From a virus (Duplodnaviria; Caudoviricetes), in IMG/VR virus record IMGVR_UViG_3300046167_000114, positions 1-53,829 of that record: DNA of 53,829 nucleotides. One strand, 5' to 3'. Position 1 is the first letter of the stretch; the number at the start of each line of letters is the position of its first letter. Shown piece after piece: positions 18,660 to 29,976 of the stretch. Both the position numbers and the translations under genes were made by a program. The notes beneath the pieces were generated by a model. It was given only the letters and a program-made list of their open reading frames with translations. It made no database searches and was not told where the DNA came from.

Positions 18660-18847
18660 TGTATATTTTAGTCCTAATAATGTTTCATGAGGCAGCTTAT
18701 AAGCTACAAGCTCACGATGTATTTTTTAATAGCTACAAAGAGTGTAATCAGTTTGCTGAGCCAATTAAAGAAAGATTAATTAGGACTAAACCTTCACCTT
18801 CTTCTGATGTGAAATACTACTGCTTTCAAGTACCAGAAAGTACATAA
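18659..18847 (+). CDS. Small hypothetical protein (hydrophobic N-terminus, two Cys)
   Basis: TAATG coupling. Confidence 0.6.
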   Translation: MYILVLIMFHEAAYKLQAHDVFFNSYKECNQFAEPIKERLIRTKPSPSSDVKYYCFQVPEST

Positions 18848-18856
18848 GGAATACCC

Positions 18857-19060
18857 GTGAAACTAGAACGAGAAGCCAAGGCATACATGGACACAAAGAC
18901 TAATCTTTTTAAGGCCGATCTAATAACACAGGCAACAGGCTTAGAAGTGCACTACAATAGAAACCTACAAAACTGTGATGAAAAGGAGAACGCTTTAGAG
19001 CGACTTACTGAGTCACAGATGTGGGCTAAGCTCGCTGCTGAAAAGTATGGTATTAAATAA
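18857..19060 (+). CDS. Small helical protein, possible Acb2/Tad1-like hairpin
   Basis: EKENALERLTESQMWA resembles the E(K/R)xxAxxKLxExxMWA pattern; AAGGA RBS with GTG start. Confidence 0.45.
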   Translation: MKLEREAKAYMDTKTNLFKADLITQATGLEVHYNRNLQNCDEKENALERLTESQMWAKLAAEKYGIK

Positions 19061-19089
19061 AGAAAGGGGCGCTTAGTGCGCCCCCTCTG
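19061..19089. terminator. Intrinsic terminator between the converging arms
   Basis: Stem GGGGCGC-TTAGT-GCGCCCC; T-rich tail on the - strand. Confidence 0.8.
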
Positions 19090-22000
19090 CTATTCTTTGT
19101 AGACTTGATCGTGGTAGTCTAGGTAGTTTAGATACATGTACAATTCATTGTAATTCATGTCTCTGATATTTGTTGTAGCTCCCTTGTTCTTCATAAACCT
19201 CTTTGCTTCTGCTTTAGAGTTTCTATTGCCAGTAGCTGATGCTTTCCTGCGTAAACTCTGTATGATGGTATCAGAGTCTGAGCTTGCCTCTAAGTAAGAT
19301 TTTACATCTGCACGTACCTTAGTCAGCCTGTCAGATACCATAGTACGTCTTTGCTGTAAGTTAGCCCTCTTAAACTTAGGATCAGCTAACAACATTTTTG
19401 ACTCCCTCTCTAATAGAGGTGCAAATACTTTGTTAAAGACCTTATCGTACCCAGCAATCTCAGATCTCTCCCCTGCAGTCCAAGGTGCCATCTCAGCCAC
19501 AGAGTATAACTCTTCTGCTGCAGTACGAGTTTGCTTAATAGTCACACCTAAAACTTTAGCGAGCGGGTTGGGGTCATAGACCTCACCTTCACGTATACCT
19601 ACACGTAGCTCTTCACCTGTAAGGGTATTCTTTGTTTTATCGTTGAGATCGCCTTTAGCAGTATCAATGGCATCAATAAATACTTCTGCTAAGTTATCAA
19701 CATATTTAAGCGAAGACTGTGACAGCGTATCTATACCCTGAGACTGACGTACATCTTTAGCTGTGTCTGTTTCAGTTGCAAAGCCTACAAGTTTGTTTAG
19801 TGTGTCTAGTGGGCGGGTGTAACCCGATAAGTAATTACCACCTGCTTTAGTTATCCCTGATCCAAACCCAGCCTTCAAGTAATCTACATCACCTTCCATG
19901 TTAAGGAAGAAGTCTACAATAGAGTTAAGATCATTACCAAACTGTGCATCAGAAGCAAACTGACCTACTGCCATCTGCTTACCTAATTCTGTAACTAGCT
20001 CTGATGGTACAACGTCTCCGTCTTTTCTGATACCAAGTATACGCCCAGCCAGTAGAAACATAGAAGCCGGGAATTGGCTCTTCATGTCAATTACATTACC
20101 TGCGCCTGACTCAACTTCGTAAACGCCTAAGCCTTTCTTTCTACGCTCTTCATCATAAGCTATAGCTAGACCTACAGTAGAGTATGCAACCAGCGTTCTA
20201 GAAAACGCTTCTGTGGGCTTGAGCATGTCTACGTCTTCGCCCTTCTTAGCGGCACCACGTACCAGAGCGCTTGCCATATCAATGGCTCCACCTGCTGACC
20301 ACTGATAGCCTGTAGCTATAACGTTATTAAAGAATCGCCCAAAGGGTAGGATAGTACCTACTACAGGGATGTTAGAAAGCTTCTCAATTTGCCCTGCCGC
20401 TAAACCTAAGAAGTTTTCCTGCGCTGTGTAATCTTTAGAGAAAACTGATCGTAGTGTTTGATCCAAAGCACCACCAATAACGTCATTATCAATAAGATCA
20501 ATATCACCTTCTTTAAGAACAGTCATAAGATCTTTGTCATGCTTGAGCCGTACATACTTATCTAGCTCACCCATAAACATCTGTGACTTAGTGAAGCTAT
20601 CTTGAATACGTACACCCGATATCTTTGTTGCGGCATCTGCAATAGTCTCAAGCTTCTTGGCTACACCTTTAGATGTGTCTATGCCATAGCGTTTGCCTGT
20701 ACGCTCTACACCACCTGATACCGTTTCAAAGAGTATCTTGCTTACGTCTTTGTGTTGACCAAGAAAAGCCATGTATGCGTCATGTGTAGTGTAGGGATCT
20801 AACAAGTTACGCATCTTCTGTGCTTGCATATCTAGGTATACTCTACCGCGTCTACGTGTCTCAACAGCTTTCTGCCCCTTCTGTGTCATGCTCAAAGCAA
20901 TGTGACCATAACCATTAAGAACATCAGCTAGAGTTGAAACAGTAGCGTACTGTGCAAAGCCAGCAACGTTGACTGCAGTTGTAGATGTTGATGATACAAG
21001 CATTCTACGCCATAGGTTTTGACCATAAGCGAAAGGCTGTGCACGTTTAGCTTTCTCAGCTTCCTTCTTTAAGATCTCACCTGATGCTTCACTTATAATA
21101 GTTTCACCGTGCAGGAGAGTACCATTTACTACCTTAGCTGCCTGACTCATCACGTTAAGCGTAGAGCCACCACGACTTGCTTCAAACGCTACTAAGTCTT
21201 GCAGGTTCTTCTGTGAGCTAGTGGCATCACCTAATGTAATACCTGTAATCTTTAACAGTTTATTTATCTCTGTTAGCTCATCTTCTGGAAGCTGTGGCAC
21301 AATGTTACTTAGGGCGTCAGATATAGTAACGTTATTGGGTAGCTTGTGCCCAGACTTAGCTAACTGAAAAGCCAAGCCATCTACTGTACCTTTACCATTA
21401 GAGCCTAAGATAATCTGGGAGAATACATCTGTGTCTGTAATGTTTCTACTGAACATGTCTCTGCCAGCTTCAACTTTCTCTTTCCAGCTACGAACATTCT
21501 TTTTGATGTCTGCTGTTACGTCATCTATTTGAGAGTTAGTTAGCTTTATTGTCACTGGCTTAGTGCGTTTCTCACGCATAGCAGCTAACTCACCTTCTAA
21601 TCCTAGATCTGCGTAACCAGACTTACCCTTCATTTTACCTGCAACTATTTGGGCACCAGGAGCAGCCACACCAAAGAGAGAGCTAAAACCTGTTTGTAAC
21701 AAGCTGTACTCATCCTGTGACTCTACATCAATCATAAGATTCTGAATCTGTAGATCCTGCAATACTGCTAGTGATGTGTCTGTTGCTGCTGTAGCGTACA
21801 AAGACTTCTTAGCTGCGCCTTCTGTTATCTCTTGCTTAGCTTGCTGTCGAGCCTGTAGCCTAGCACGGCGTAGGGCAAGATCTCTCTCCCGTCTTGCTGT
21901 CTCCCGCATAATCTTTTTAGCTGCAGGGTTCTTAGCCCCTATAGACAGAGCATGATTTAAAGCAGCCTCTCCCGCCTCTTTACCAATCTTCTCTGCTGCT

Positions 22001-22626
22001 TCACGAGAAGCACCTTTTTTGAGTGCTTCCTGTGTAGCCTTAGCTACGGATAGCTTAACTGCTTGCTTTCCCCCTTGGGTGATTCCAAAGCCAGCCGCTT
22101 TAGATATACCACCTGTCAATAAACCAAGATAGTTTGACGGGTCTTTAGCTGCAGCAAAGATATAATCCTTTATACCATCTACAGCCCCAAGTACCCCATC
22201 ATTTACAAACACACTACCTGTTTGATCATACAGATCGTATGCTTGCTTTGCTTTTACTTTATCTAACTCTGTTGCCTTAGATACAAATCTAGCCTCGCTT
22301 GCAGTAGATACAACGTTTGTATTGAACGCTCGCATATGATCAAAAAACTGTTCTACAAGTTTATCATCAGTATACTCACCGCCATCACGGTACTGATACC
22401 CAAACCTAGACATCATGTAGTCACGTATCTTTGCAGCATTGGCAGACTTTTTTAGATCGTCTTTCTTTAGTTTGCCTTGCTTGACGTTTGTATCTTGAGC
22501 GGCATCTCTTCTAGCGAGAATATCCTCTAAAGAAACGCCTTCTCGCTTAGGCTCTACAGCAGTAGTAGCAGTGGTAGCCTCTTCTTTTTTCTGCCTATCT
22601 AGTATATCCTGTAAAGAAACACTCAT
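19090..22626 (-). CDS. Large internal virion/ejection protein (1178 aa)
   Basis: Size, helical Ala/Gly/Lys-rich composition, last gene of the structural arm. Confidence 0.65.
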   Translation of the reverse strand: MSVSLQDILDRQKKEEATTATTAVEPKREGVSLEDILARRDAAQDTNVKQGKLKKDDLKKSANAAKIRDYMMSRFGYQYRDGGEYTDDKLVEQFFDHMRAFNTNVVSTASEARFVSKATELDKVKAKQAYDLYDQTGSVFVNDGVLGAVDGIKDYIFAAAKDPSNYLGLLTGGISKAAGFGITQGGKQAVKLSVAKATQEALKKGASREAAEKIGKEAGEAALNHALSIGAKNPAAKKIMRETARRERDLALRRARLQARQQAKQEITEGAAKKSLYATAATDTSLAVLQDLQIQNLMIDVESQDEYSLLQTGFSSLFGVAAPGAQIVAGKMKGKSGYADLGLEGELAAMREKRTKPVTIKLTNSQIDDVTADIKKNVRSWKEKVEAGRDMFSRNITDTDVFSQIILGSNGKGTVDGLAFQLAKSGHKLPNNVTISDALSNIVPQLPEDELTEINKLLKITGITLGDATSSQKNLQDLVAFEASRGGSTLNVMSQAAKVVNGTLLHGETIISEASGEILKKEAEKAKRAQPFAYGQNLWRRMLVSSTSTTAVNVAGFAQYATVSTLADVLNGYGHIALSMTQKGQKAVETRRRGRVYLDMQAQKMRNLLDPYTTHDAYMAFLGQHKDVSKILFETVSGGVERTGKRYGIDTSKGVAKKLETIADAATKISGVRIQDSFTKSQMFMGELDKYVRLKHDKDLMTVLKEGDIDLIDNDVIGGALDQTLRSVFSKDYTAQENFLGLAAGQIEKLSNIPVVGTILPFGRFFNNVIATGYQWSAGGAIDMASALVRGAAKKGEDVDMLKPTEAFSRTLVAYSTVGLAIAYDEERRKKGLGVYEVESGAGNVIDMKSQFPASMFLLAGRILGIRKDGDVVPSELVTELGKQMAVGQFASDAQFGNDLNSIVDFFLNMEGDVDYLKAGFGSGITKAGGNYLSGYTRPLDTLNKLVGFATETDTAKDVRQSQGIDTLSQSSLKYVDNLAEVFIDAIDTAKGDLNDKTKNTLTGEELRVGIREGEVYDPNPLAKVLGVTIKQTRTAAEELYSVAEMAPWTAGERSEIAGYDKVFNKVFAPLLERESKMLLADPKFKRANLQQRRTMVSDRLTKVRADVKSYLEASSDSDTIIQSLRRKASATGNRNSKAEAKRFMKNKGATTNIRDMNYNELYMYLNYLDYHDQVYKE

Positions 22627-22627
22627 A

Positions 22628-24686
22628 TTACTCTTCCATCATATTAAGGGCTTGCAAAATAATACTGGCAGCGTTGTCTAGATCCATGTAAGTAGAGTCA
22701 GCTACAAGCTCTGAGTTACCTGAGTTTTCTTCAAACCAAGCAGCTAGTGCTTCTTTAACTTCTGAAATAGGATCGTCTTTCGTGATACCAAACTCTTCCA
22801 TAGCTTCTAGCATTTGATCGTCATACTTCATAAAGAAGCCCATTTTATCCCTGACAGGTGATGAAGTGGATACGTCAGGATCATCAAAACCTGCTTTAGG
22901 TTTCCTTGGCCTATCACCTAAACCTTGTAGTGGCGTACTGGGTGGCTTTGCATTTGGTACATCCAAAGGATCTGATGCAATAACTCTAGCCTCTTCTTCT
23001 GCAGGATTTATTACATCGGGTTGCACTACATCTTTAAATGCCCCTGCCCCTACAGACCACATATCAAGAGGGCGTGGTGGTAGACCTGCAGCTACACGCT
23101 CCTTACGAGACATTTCTTTCCACTCTGCCAGAGTAACATCTGACATAGACTTTTTCCAGTTGTTGACTTTAGTGATGTTGATAGCTGCTGTATCACGAGG
23201 GCTAGTACCTCTGTCACTTAGGTTTATAGGTTGCTCTACAAACGCTTTGCTCTCTAAGATAGGCTTTAGCATCAGGGTTTGTTTGTATCTCTTGCTGAAT
23301 TTCTGGAGAAGCTAAGACATAATCTGACATAGGTACGCTAAGGGTTTCATCTGTCTTATGGTTAAACACCCGCATATTACCGTCACCATCTTCAAAGATA
23401 GTTACTGGGTGATTTATAATAGAATCAGTGTCTACAGTAAATGTTACTGCGTCAGGCTCTAACGAGAAGGGTAAGCCTTCTATGTCCTTTGTTTGTACAG
23501 GGATAGGAGCGTTGTTTTGATTAACAATCTTAACAGTCTCTACTGGTTGATCCGCTGCAGGGGCTGGAACAGAAGGCACTGTAGGTGCTTTAGGTTGATC
23601 TGTATTAGTTTGAATCCCAGTAGGAGAGCTAGCATCACTCAGGCTTTCTGTACTAGGTCTAGCTCTAGGACGTAAAGAATTTTGGGGAGCTAAATTAGAA
23701 GAAGGTTCTTCCTCTATTGCGCCACCTAAAGTCGCTGCAGTCCATCCCGGAACACCAACGATGTTGTCGTACTGACTACCCATTCGCTTCACAAAAGTTT
23801 CACCATAGTAAGCTGCAGCTTGGTCTTGCACATAGGGTACAAACTGCTCATTTAAAACTTGTAGTTTTTTCTTTTCTGCTTTTTCTAATTTATCTTGGGC
23901 CATTAGAAGATCAGACTGTGCACCGTCTACACCACGTTCTACTGCCTTTTTATGTGTAATAATTTCTTCTTCTATAGTCTCTATCTCACCCTGCACTAAT
24001 TGAAAGGCATCATTAGCATTTACTGTAGACTGAAAATCTATACGTGCACTAGATACATCATTCTCACCAAATAAGTTAGGAGACAGGTAAGTAAGGTAAG
24101 AGTTACCGCCTACTTTATTGTACGCAGAGGATGATGCCATTTGCTTTAGGTCAAACAAGCTCATACCTTCATAGACTTCTTCTTGGTCTAGCTTGAAGCG
24201 AACATCGTCCATAGCAGTACGCCCAGTTGTACGATCCCACCAGTTAGACTCAGGGCGTTTGTAATCTCCTGTGGTGTACTTACCAATGCCAAAACCTTCA
24301 TCAAGCATGTCTTGTATAGTCACACCCGTCATAGCAGGATCAAGAGTAGTGGCAGCAAATATATCAGCGTTGTTCTTCACAAAGTCTATACCTTGACTTG
24401 CTACACCTTTAGACAGAACACCATCTAAAGTAGACAACCCATCTAAGCCATTCTCTGCATAAGCAGCCTTGACCATTTCTTTTGTGCCGCCCTTACTAAT
24501 GATTTTCTGTGTAAGGGTTTCAGCATTATTACGTGCTTTAATCTTCAAGTCAGCTTTAGCTTGATACGCAGCCTGATTCTCACGAAGATCATCCATGTAA
24601 TCTTCTGCTTTTTTCTTACGTCTTTGAATGTTCTCTGCAGATGTCTTAAAAAACCCTGTCAGAAATGCCTGTGCTGCTTCACTCAT
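22628..24686 (-). CDS. Putative internal virion protein (one gene with an apparent indel ~23275)
   Basis: ORFs 23214-24686 and 22628-23272 overlap and join with one indel; contains SLRPRARP. Confidence 0.6.
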
Positions 24687-24688
24687 AT

Positions 24689-25261
24689 CTATTGCCCTCG
24701 CGCCATAAGACCTTGCGGTGTTTCACCTTCAACCATAGGCTCCTCTGGAGCTTCATCCATAGGCTGTTCTATTGCTGCTGCTTCTGGTTCTTCGTCTATA
24801 GCATCCTGCATACCACGAAGCATCTCTGTTCCTTCATCCTCGCCAGACTTAACGCTCTTCTCTATGGCGTCTGCAATGATTACATCTAGGCGACGCTTCT
24901 CACGCGCTGTGCGTAGCTTATCTGGGTCTACTGCTGTCTCAGGTGTATCAACACCATAGGGCACCATAGCGGCCTTTATATAAGCTCCTACGATAGGTGC
25001 AGCCAGCATCTGTACATCAACGGTGTGCAACCCTTTCATAGTACCCATGATCATCAGGGTTTCTGTAACGTCCTGTATGTTAGCTCCAAGGTCAAACAAT
25101 AGGGCCAGATCATCCATAGAGTCTTCATCAGAAAGCTTATCAATATAGTACATGACAGCTTCTTCCATTGTATCCATCTCAGGTGGGTTTTCCCATGCAT
25201 GGTTACGTGGTTCATCTGTTAGAGATTGACCGGGAATTGGGCCTTGAAATAAGTTTGTCAT
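24689..25261 (-). CDS. Conserved hypothetical virion-associated protein
   Basis: PIPGQSLT..P....WENPP N-terminus; C-terminal GLMAR. Confidence 0.6.
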   Translation of the reverse strand: MTNLFQGPIPGQSLTDEPRNHAWENPPEMDTMEEAVMYYIDKLSDEDSMDDLALLFDLGANIQDVTETLMIMGTMKGLHTVDVQMLAAPIVGAYIKAAMVPYGVDTPETAVDPDKLRTAREKRRLDVIIADAIEKSVKSGEDEGTEMLRGMQDAIDEEPEAAAIEQPMDEAPEEPMVEGETPQGLMARGQ

Positions 25262-25270
25262 CTTTATGCC

Positions 25271-25714
25271 TTACTTTGTAAATCCTGCGCCAAAGTATAA
25301 TCCTACGATGGCCGATACGATGTGTGTGTCTAAGGGGGTTATTACGAATCCGTTAGCGTACTTCCATTGGGTTGCTTCTGCAGGGCCAAACAGCCAGTTA
25401 AGGAAGCCGCCCTGTACTTCTGTGTACCCTACAATAACGCTTACATCAGGATACCATACTGCCACCAGCTTAGGCAACACTATAATAGAGAACACAGCAG
25501 ATAGAGCAATGATTCTACGTGTCCATGCAAAGTGCTTATCTGTCTTACCTGCATCCCTAGCGCGGTTGACTTGATCTGCATTAAACTGAGCATTAGCAAG
25601 CATCATCTTATTCTGCTCTTGCTTGTTCTTCATGCTCTGACCCCATATAGACATTACTCCCCCCAACACTGTTGAGAAGAGCATAGTCAGTAATTCTAGG
25701 GGTAAGCCAAACAT
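25271..25714 (-). CDS. Membrane protein, holin-like
   Basis: Multiple hydrophobic segments; adjacent to the GH19 gene. Confidence 0.5.
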   Translation of the reverse strand: MFGLPLELLTMLFSTVLGGVMSIWGQSMKNKQEQNKMMLANAQFNADQVNRARDAGKTDKHFAWTRRIIALSAVFSIIVLPKLVAVWYPDVSVIVGYTEVQGGFLNWLFGPAEATQWKYANGFVITPLDTHIVSAIVGLYFGAGFTK

Positions 25715-27348
25715 TATTTAGATGCTACTCTTGTGTCGGGTCTTGCGCGAGGGCGTAGTGAAGTTTGAGGTGCATTGAATTTGTACTTGCTAAACAATTC
25801 TATTCGATCATCTAAGCCGTTTAAGCCGCCATTTACTATTTGGGTTACGCGTGTTGTATTAGTGTAATCAGGCTCTTCTGATCTAACGTTTCTTTTCCAC
25901 CAAGCTACTGTTGCTTTTCTGGCTATTTCAGGGTCTAACATTAATTCTGGGTTATTCTCTAGATCAATGCCTATATCTTCACCTATTTGTCTATAGTTTG
26001 CCCTGCCCGTTAGTTGAATGTAACCTCTACCTTTGTAGCGGCTACCGTCACCAGAAGCAAAATCACCGTTGCCAAGTCTTCCTGCATACATAGAGTTAAA
26101 CACATTTGCACCAGAGTAATTTTGCAGAGCGCCCTCAGAATTTGTAACACCGTCTCTAACAAACCTACGTCTATTAATGTTTTTAAACTTTCCTATCATA
26201 GGATCACCAGCCCTTAACGGCTCCTTATTATAGATATCACCTTCTTTAAAACGTTCAGTAGAGATGTTATTTACATTTCCTTCCGTATAACCTTTCTCTT
26301 GCATTCTACCAAATCTATTTGACTCATGTGCGGTTTGTGCCATAAATGAACGTAATTCATCTCCCTTGATGCCCTGTTCATATGCGTACTGATACATAAC
26401 TCTTTCAGCTTTTCCTGCAGAAGTGTTTTCTGCCTTAACAAATTTTATACCAGGCGGTACTGTTTTCTCTAACCCATCAGCTATAGCATCTTCTCTTGCA
26501 GATCCTTTATCTTCTACTACTGGAGTAGTATCTTCTGCAGTTTCTACCTCTACCTCTGGTCTAGCCTTTGGTCTTACACGCCCTAATGGGTCATCCTCAT
26601 TTAAGCCTGTAGCTGCCATGTCTACTCTAGGGTCAGAAGTAACAGGAGACATAATACCTTGAGGTGCACCTTTAGATTGTGTGATACCTTTCTTAGCTCT
26701 CTCCCTTGCTGCCTCTACAGCGCTTTTCTTAGCTTCTTCTTCCATGTCAACCACAGGTAAGCCCATCTCAGCAGCTTCTTTCCTCATGGTTTGACCAGCC
26801 ATCATTCTAGCTAGATCCATATCTTCTACAGATAAAGAACCTGCACTAGCCATCTGTACACCTTCACCTACAAAAGACGAACCTTTGTTAGCGCGGTTAC
26901 GTAGGTATGAGCCTAAACTAGAAGATAACTCATCTACCATAACATCTGGTTGCTTAGGTATAGTGATACCGTCTGGTGCATCTTTAATAGTCATTGAGTT
27001 ATCATCAGATGGCGTACCGGGATTATACATGCCGGTAGCTTCAAGTAAGGCATCTTCAATACCGCTAGAGCCTTTTACCTTGTCAACGTAGGATCGTAGC
27101 TCAGAGATATCAGGCTTAGGGCGATTCTTAGACATAAACGTTTGTTTAAACTTATCATCGTCCTTAAAGGAATCACGTAGGTTTTGATAGAAGCGCTCTA
27201 AAAAGTCGCCACCTGTACCTGATGCATCTGTATCAACCTGCCTATTACGAGACATGATAGAAGAGCTTGTATCTTCTGTTGACACATTGTTTTGTTCATC
27301 ATTCTCAAAGACACTAAAGTCAGGTAGAAAGCGGTATTGATTAGCCAT
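25714..27348 (-). CDS. Glycoside hydrolase family 19 lysin with a long low-complexity N-terminus (likely virion-associated)
   Basis: AQTAHES, YKGRGYIQLTGRANY and VNGGLNGLDDR; likely start MANQYRF after the AAGGA RBS. Confidence 0.85.
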   Translation of the reverse strand: MANQYRFLPDFSVFENDEQNNVSTEDTSSSIMSRNRQVDTDASGTGGDFLERFYQNLRDSFKDDDKFKQTFMSKNRPKPDISELRSYVDKVKGSSGIEDALLEATGMYNPGTPSDDNSMTIKDAPDGITIPKQPDVMVDELSSSLGSYLRNRANKGSSFVGEGVQMASAGSLSVEDMDLARMMAGQTMRKEAAEMGLPVVDMEEEAKKSAVEAARERAKKGITQSKGAPQGIMSPVTSDPRVDMAATGLNEDDPLGRVRPKARPEVEVETAEDTTPVVEDKGSAREDAIADGLEKTVPPGIKFVKAENTSAGKAERVMYQYAYEQGIKGDELRSFMAQTAHESNRFGRMQEKGYTEGNVNNISTERFKEGDIYNKEPLRAGDPMIGKFKNINRRRFVRDGVTNSEGALQNYSGANVFNSMYAGRLGNGDFASGDGSRYKGRGYIQLTGRANYRQIGEDIGIDLENNPELMLDPEIARKATVAWWKRNVRSEEPDYTNTTRVTQIVNGGLNGLDDRIELFSKYKFNAPQTSLRPRARPDTRVASK

Positions 27349-27358
27349 TATATTATCC

Positions 27359-29716
27359 TTATCCGAATGCGCTACCAGCCCAAGCACCAACAGCGCCCCA
27401 GAAACCAGAAGTCTTTTCCGCTGCCGCTGTTGACGCTGCCGCCTGTGCTGCTTTATCTGCACCATACTTTGCTGCATCTGCTTGTATCTTAGCCACCATA
27501 ATTGAAGTAGCACGATCTGCATCATTGTTTGCTGTAGTATTAGCGAAACTCATCAAATCACGATACGTTTGAATTGTAGCATTATACGCATTCAATGTCA
27601 TCTGCCCCTGACGCTGTGCATCTAAACGGTTTGCTTCATTTTGTGCTGCATTATCTGCTGTTGTGTATGCCTGTGCCCATTGAGCGTTAGCCTGTGCTAC
27701 CACTAAACGGTTTGTAGCGTTAAACTGCTCACGCTGATTAGCCTGTGCTGTGTTAAACTGTGATAAGGCATTAGCCTCACCTGCATTGAATCGTGACATA
27801 GCATTAGCTTGGTCAGCATTAGCGAGTTGTACCCGTGCTCCTAGATCAGCAAAGAATTGATTTACTTGGTTCTCACTAGAGGCGTTAAACTGTCTGGCAG
27901 CATTCTCTGCAGCCTGATCAGAAAGCATGGCATTAATCTGCGCCTGTGCTGCAAACATTGTAGTCTGCTGCTCATTGGACAGGTTAGCCATATCCATCTG
28001 CAGGAAAGCATTAGCAGCCTGTACATTAGCTTGCTGGCGGTTGTTTAGGTTAGCCAAATCAACTTGTGTCATAGATGCAGCATCTGCCATAACCTTAGCA
28101 TTTTTAGCGTTGAGGTTTGTTATGTCAACCGTCTGAGCCATACGAGCATTCTCTAGTGCAATCTGTTGCTCTGCAGTAAAATTCATATTGGCAACATCAG
28201 AGATCTTAGCTGCATTAGTTACACGAGCCTGAAACTCTTGGTTAAACTCTAGCCCTAGAAACGTAGCGCGTTGCTGTGCAGCGAACATAGCTGATTGCTG
28301 CTTGTTAGACAGGTTCTGCATTTCAAAGCTTGCAACAGTCTTGGCATCCTGAGAAGCGATAGGGATAGCGCTCTCCATTGCCGCCTGTACAATAGCCTGA
28401 CCAGCCATAGATGATGATGACAGTCCACGACTAGCCATCTGTGCAGCAGCAGCCCTCATAGCACCTGCAGCCCATGCCGGGGGAGCAGCACCCTCAAAGT
28501 CTTCCATCAAACCAGTTAGCTGCCCTTGTACAGTAGCATCAGTTGATGGTGCACCTGTAGCTGCCTCAAAGTTTACTTCTTTCTTTACACGCTCCATATC
28601 TACTGTGGAGCCTTCAATCATCTCACCAGCTTCTACCTTACGAGTAGGCGCACCTTCTACACGCCGAGCTTGTTCAATCTGTTCAACAGTAAGACCTAAA
28701 CTTTTTAGCTTCTCTGGTGACATTGTAGCAGCTTCTGCTAATGCATCAGAGCTTGGCTTACCTGTAGCAGCCTCTAGCTTCTTGAGTGTATCACTTACTT
28801 CTGCAGAAACAGTCTCAGGAAGAACAGTAGCAGCAGGTGTTTTTACAGGTGCTGTAACTGCAGCAGCAGGTGTAGCAACAGTAGCAGCAGCTTCATCTAC
28901 AGTAGCAGCCTCACCTGTGCCTTCTGCAATTTCACCAGCTTTCTTTTGTTCTTCTGTAGTCTCTTTAACTTCTGTATCTTTTACTAAAGTCTCAGGGCTT
29001 TCTAGTGCAGTTTTAGTTAGCCCAGCAGCAGCCTTACCTGCCTCAGACATTGGGTCAGGCTTATTCTCTTTATCGTCATCTGCACCAGATGTATCGCCAC
29101 CTTCTGCAAAACCATATCTCATTGTAAGGGCTTCTTGAAGCGCATCCTTCTTAGTCTGTGCTTCCATATCAATCTGAGCAAAACCCATGTCTAGCTCTTT
29201 TTGCTTTTCAAAAACAGACTTTAAATCCTGTGGTTGCTGATTAGGTGCAGGGTTATTACCACCAGATAAATCGCCGCTTGGTAGAACCTCACCGCCGCCA
29301 CCGTGTGAGTGAGGTGGTACACCTGCTGAAATAGGTGCGTCTGTAGGTAGTTGTGTAGGTAATTGACCTATACCTATTGCAGGACGAAGCGCGTCTGCTA
29401 GATATCCAGATCCCGGTCTAGGGGTTATACCGTCTGGTCTTTGAAAAGGGTCTTGTACCAAGTATTGCTGTGGTGGCACCTGCCCAGCACCTGAGAAACC
29501 CCTACGTTGGGCACTTAAACGCGATTCCAGATCAACAAATCCACCCTCTGCCATGCCTATACGCTTTTGTGCCATCTGTGTCATTTTACCTACACGGGCT
29601 GCTAAGGCAGGGTTAGCTGCAATAATCTTTTCTTGCTCATCAGACTGCATACCTTTAAGGCTAGGATCAATTTTACCTAGCTGCTCTGGTGTAAATCCTG
29701 CAAAACGTTTAGCCAT
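27359..29716 (-). CDS. Internal virion/ejection protein with Q/A/N-rich coiled region
   Basis: Long NAxxQ-rich helical C-terminal half, hydrophobic Gly-rich tip, two AEGG motifs. Confidence 0.65.
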   Translation of the reverse strand: MAKRFAGFTPEQLGKIDPSLKGMQSDEQEKIIAANPALAARVGKMTQMAQKRIGMAEGGFVDLESRLSAQRRGFSGAGQVPPQQYLVQDPFQRPDGITPRPGSGYLADALRPAIGIGQLPTQLPTDAPISAGVPPHSHGGGGEVLPSGDLSGGNNPAPNQQPQDLKSVFEKQKELDMGFAQIDMEAQTKKDALQEALTMRYGFAEGGDTSGADDDKENKPDPMSEAGKAAAGLTKTALESPETLVKDTEVKETTEEQKKAGEIAEGTGEAATVDEAAATVATPAAAVTAPVKTPAATVLPETVSAEVSDTLKKLEAATGKPSSDALAEAATMSPEKLKSLGLTVEQIEQARRVEGAPTRKVEAGEMIEGSTVDMERVKKEVNFEAATGAPSTDATVQGQLTGLMEDFEGAAPPAWAAGAMRAAAAQMASRGLSSSSMAGQAIVQAAMESAIPIASQDAKTVASFEMQNLSNKQQSAMFAAQQRATFLGLEFNQEFQARVTNAAKISDVANMNFTAEQQIALENARMAQTVDITNLNAKNAKVMADAASMTQVDLANLNNRQQANVQAANAFLQMDMANLSNEQQTTMFAAQAQINAMLSDQAAENAARQFNASSENQVNQFFADLGARVQLANADQANAMSRFNAGEANALSQFNTAQANQREQFNATNRLVVAQANAQWAQAYTTADNAAQNEANRLDAQRQGQMTLNAYNATIQTYRDLMSFANTTANNDADRATSIMVAKIQADAAKYGADKAAQAAASTAAAEKTSGFWGAVGAWAGSAFG

Positions 29717-29727
29717 CTATCTTATCC

Positions 29728-29976
29728 TTACTTGCCTACTTGCATCCACACAGCAGTAGCTATGAATGTCAGTACTGCAACTGTACCTAATTGTACGAGT
29801 GTTTTCCATATACTTTTCTTTGTATCACGCCATGAGTCTAATAGACTACGTAATTCTTTAATATCAGTAGCTGCATCTAAGTCAGCTAATCCTAAGTCAC
29901 ACAAGGCTTGCCTAGCACCCTTCTTAGCGGCCCTATCCATCATAGCTTCTAGTTGTTCTGGTGTAAGCTGGGTCAT
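29728..29976 (-). CDS. DUF6127-like small membrane protein (holin-like)
   Basis: GARQAL.DLGL.D..A..DI.ELR.LLD.WR plus a C-terminal TM helix. Confidence 0.65.
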   Translation of the reverse strand: MTQLTPEQLEAMMDRAAKKGARQALCDLGLADLDAATDIKELRSLLDSWRDTKKSIWKTLVQLGTVAVLTFIATAVWMQVGK

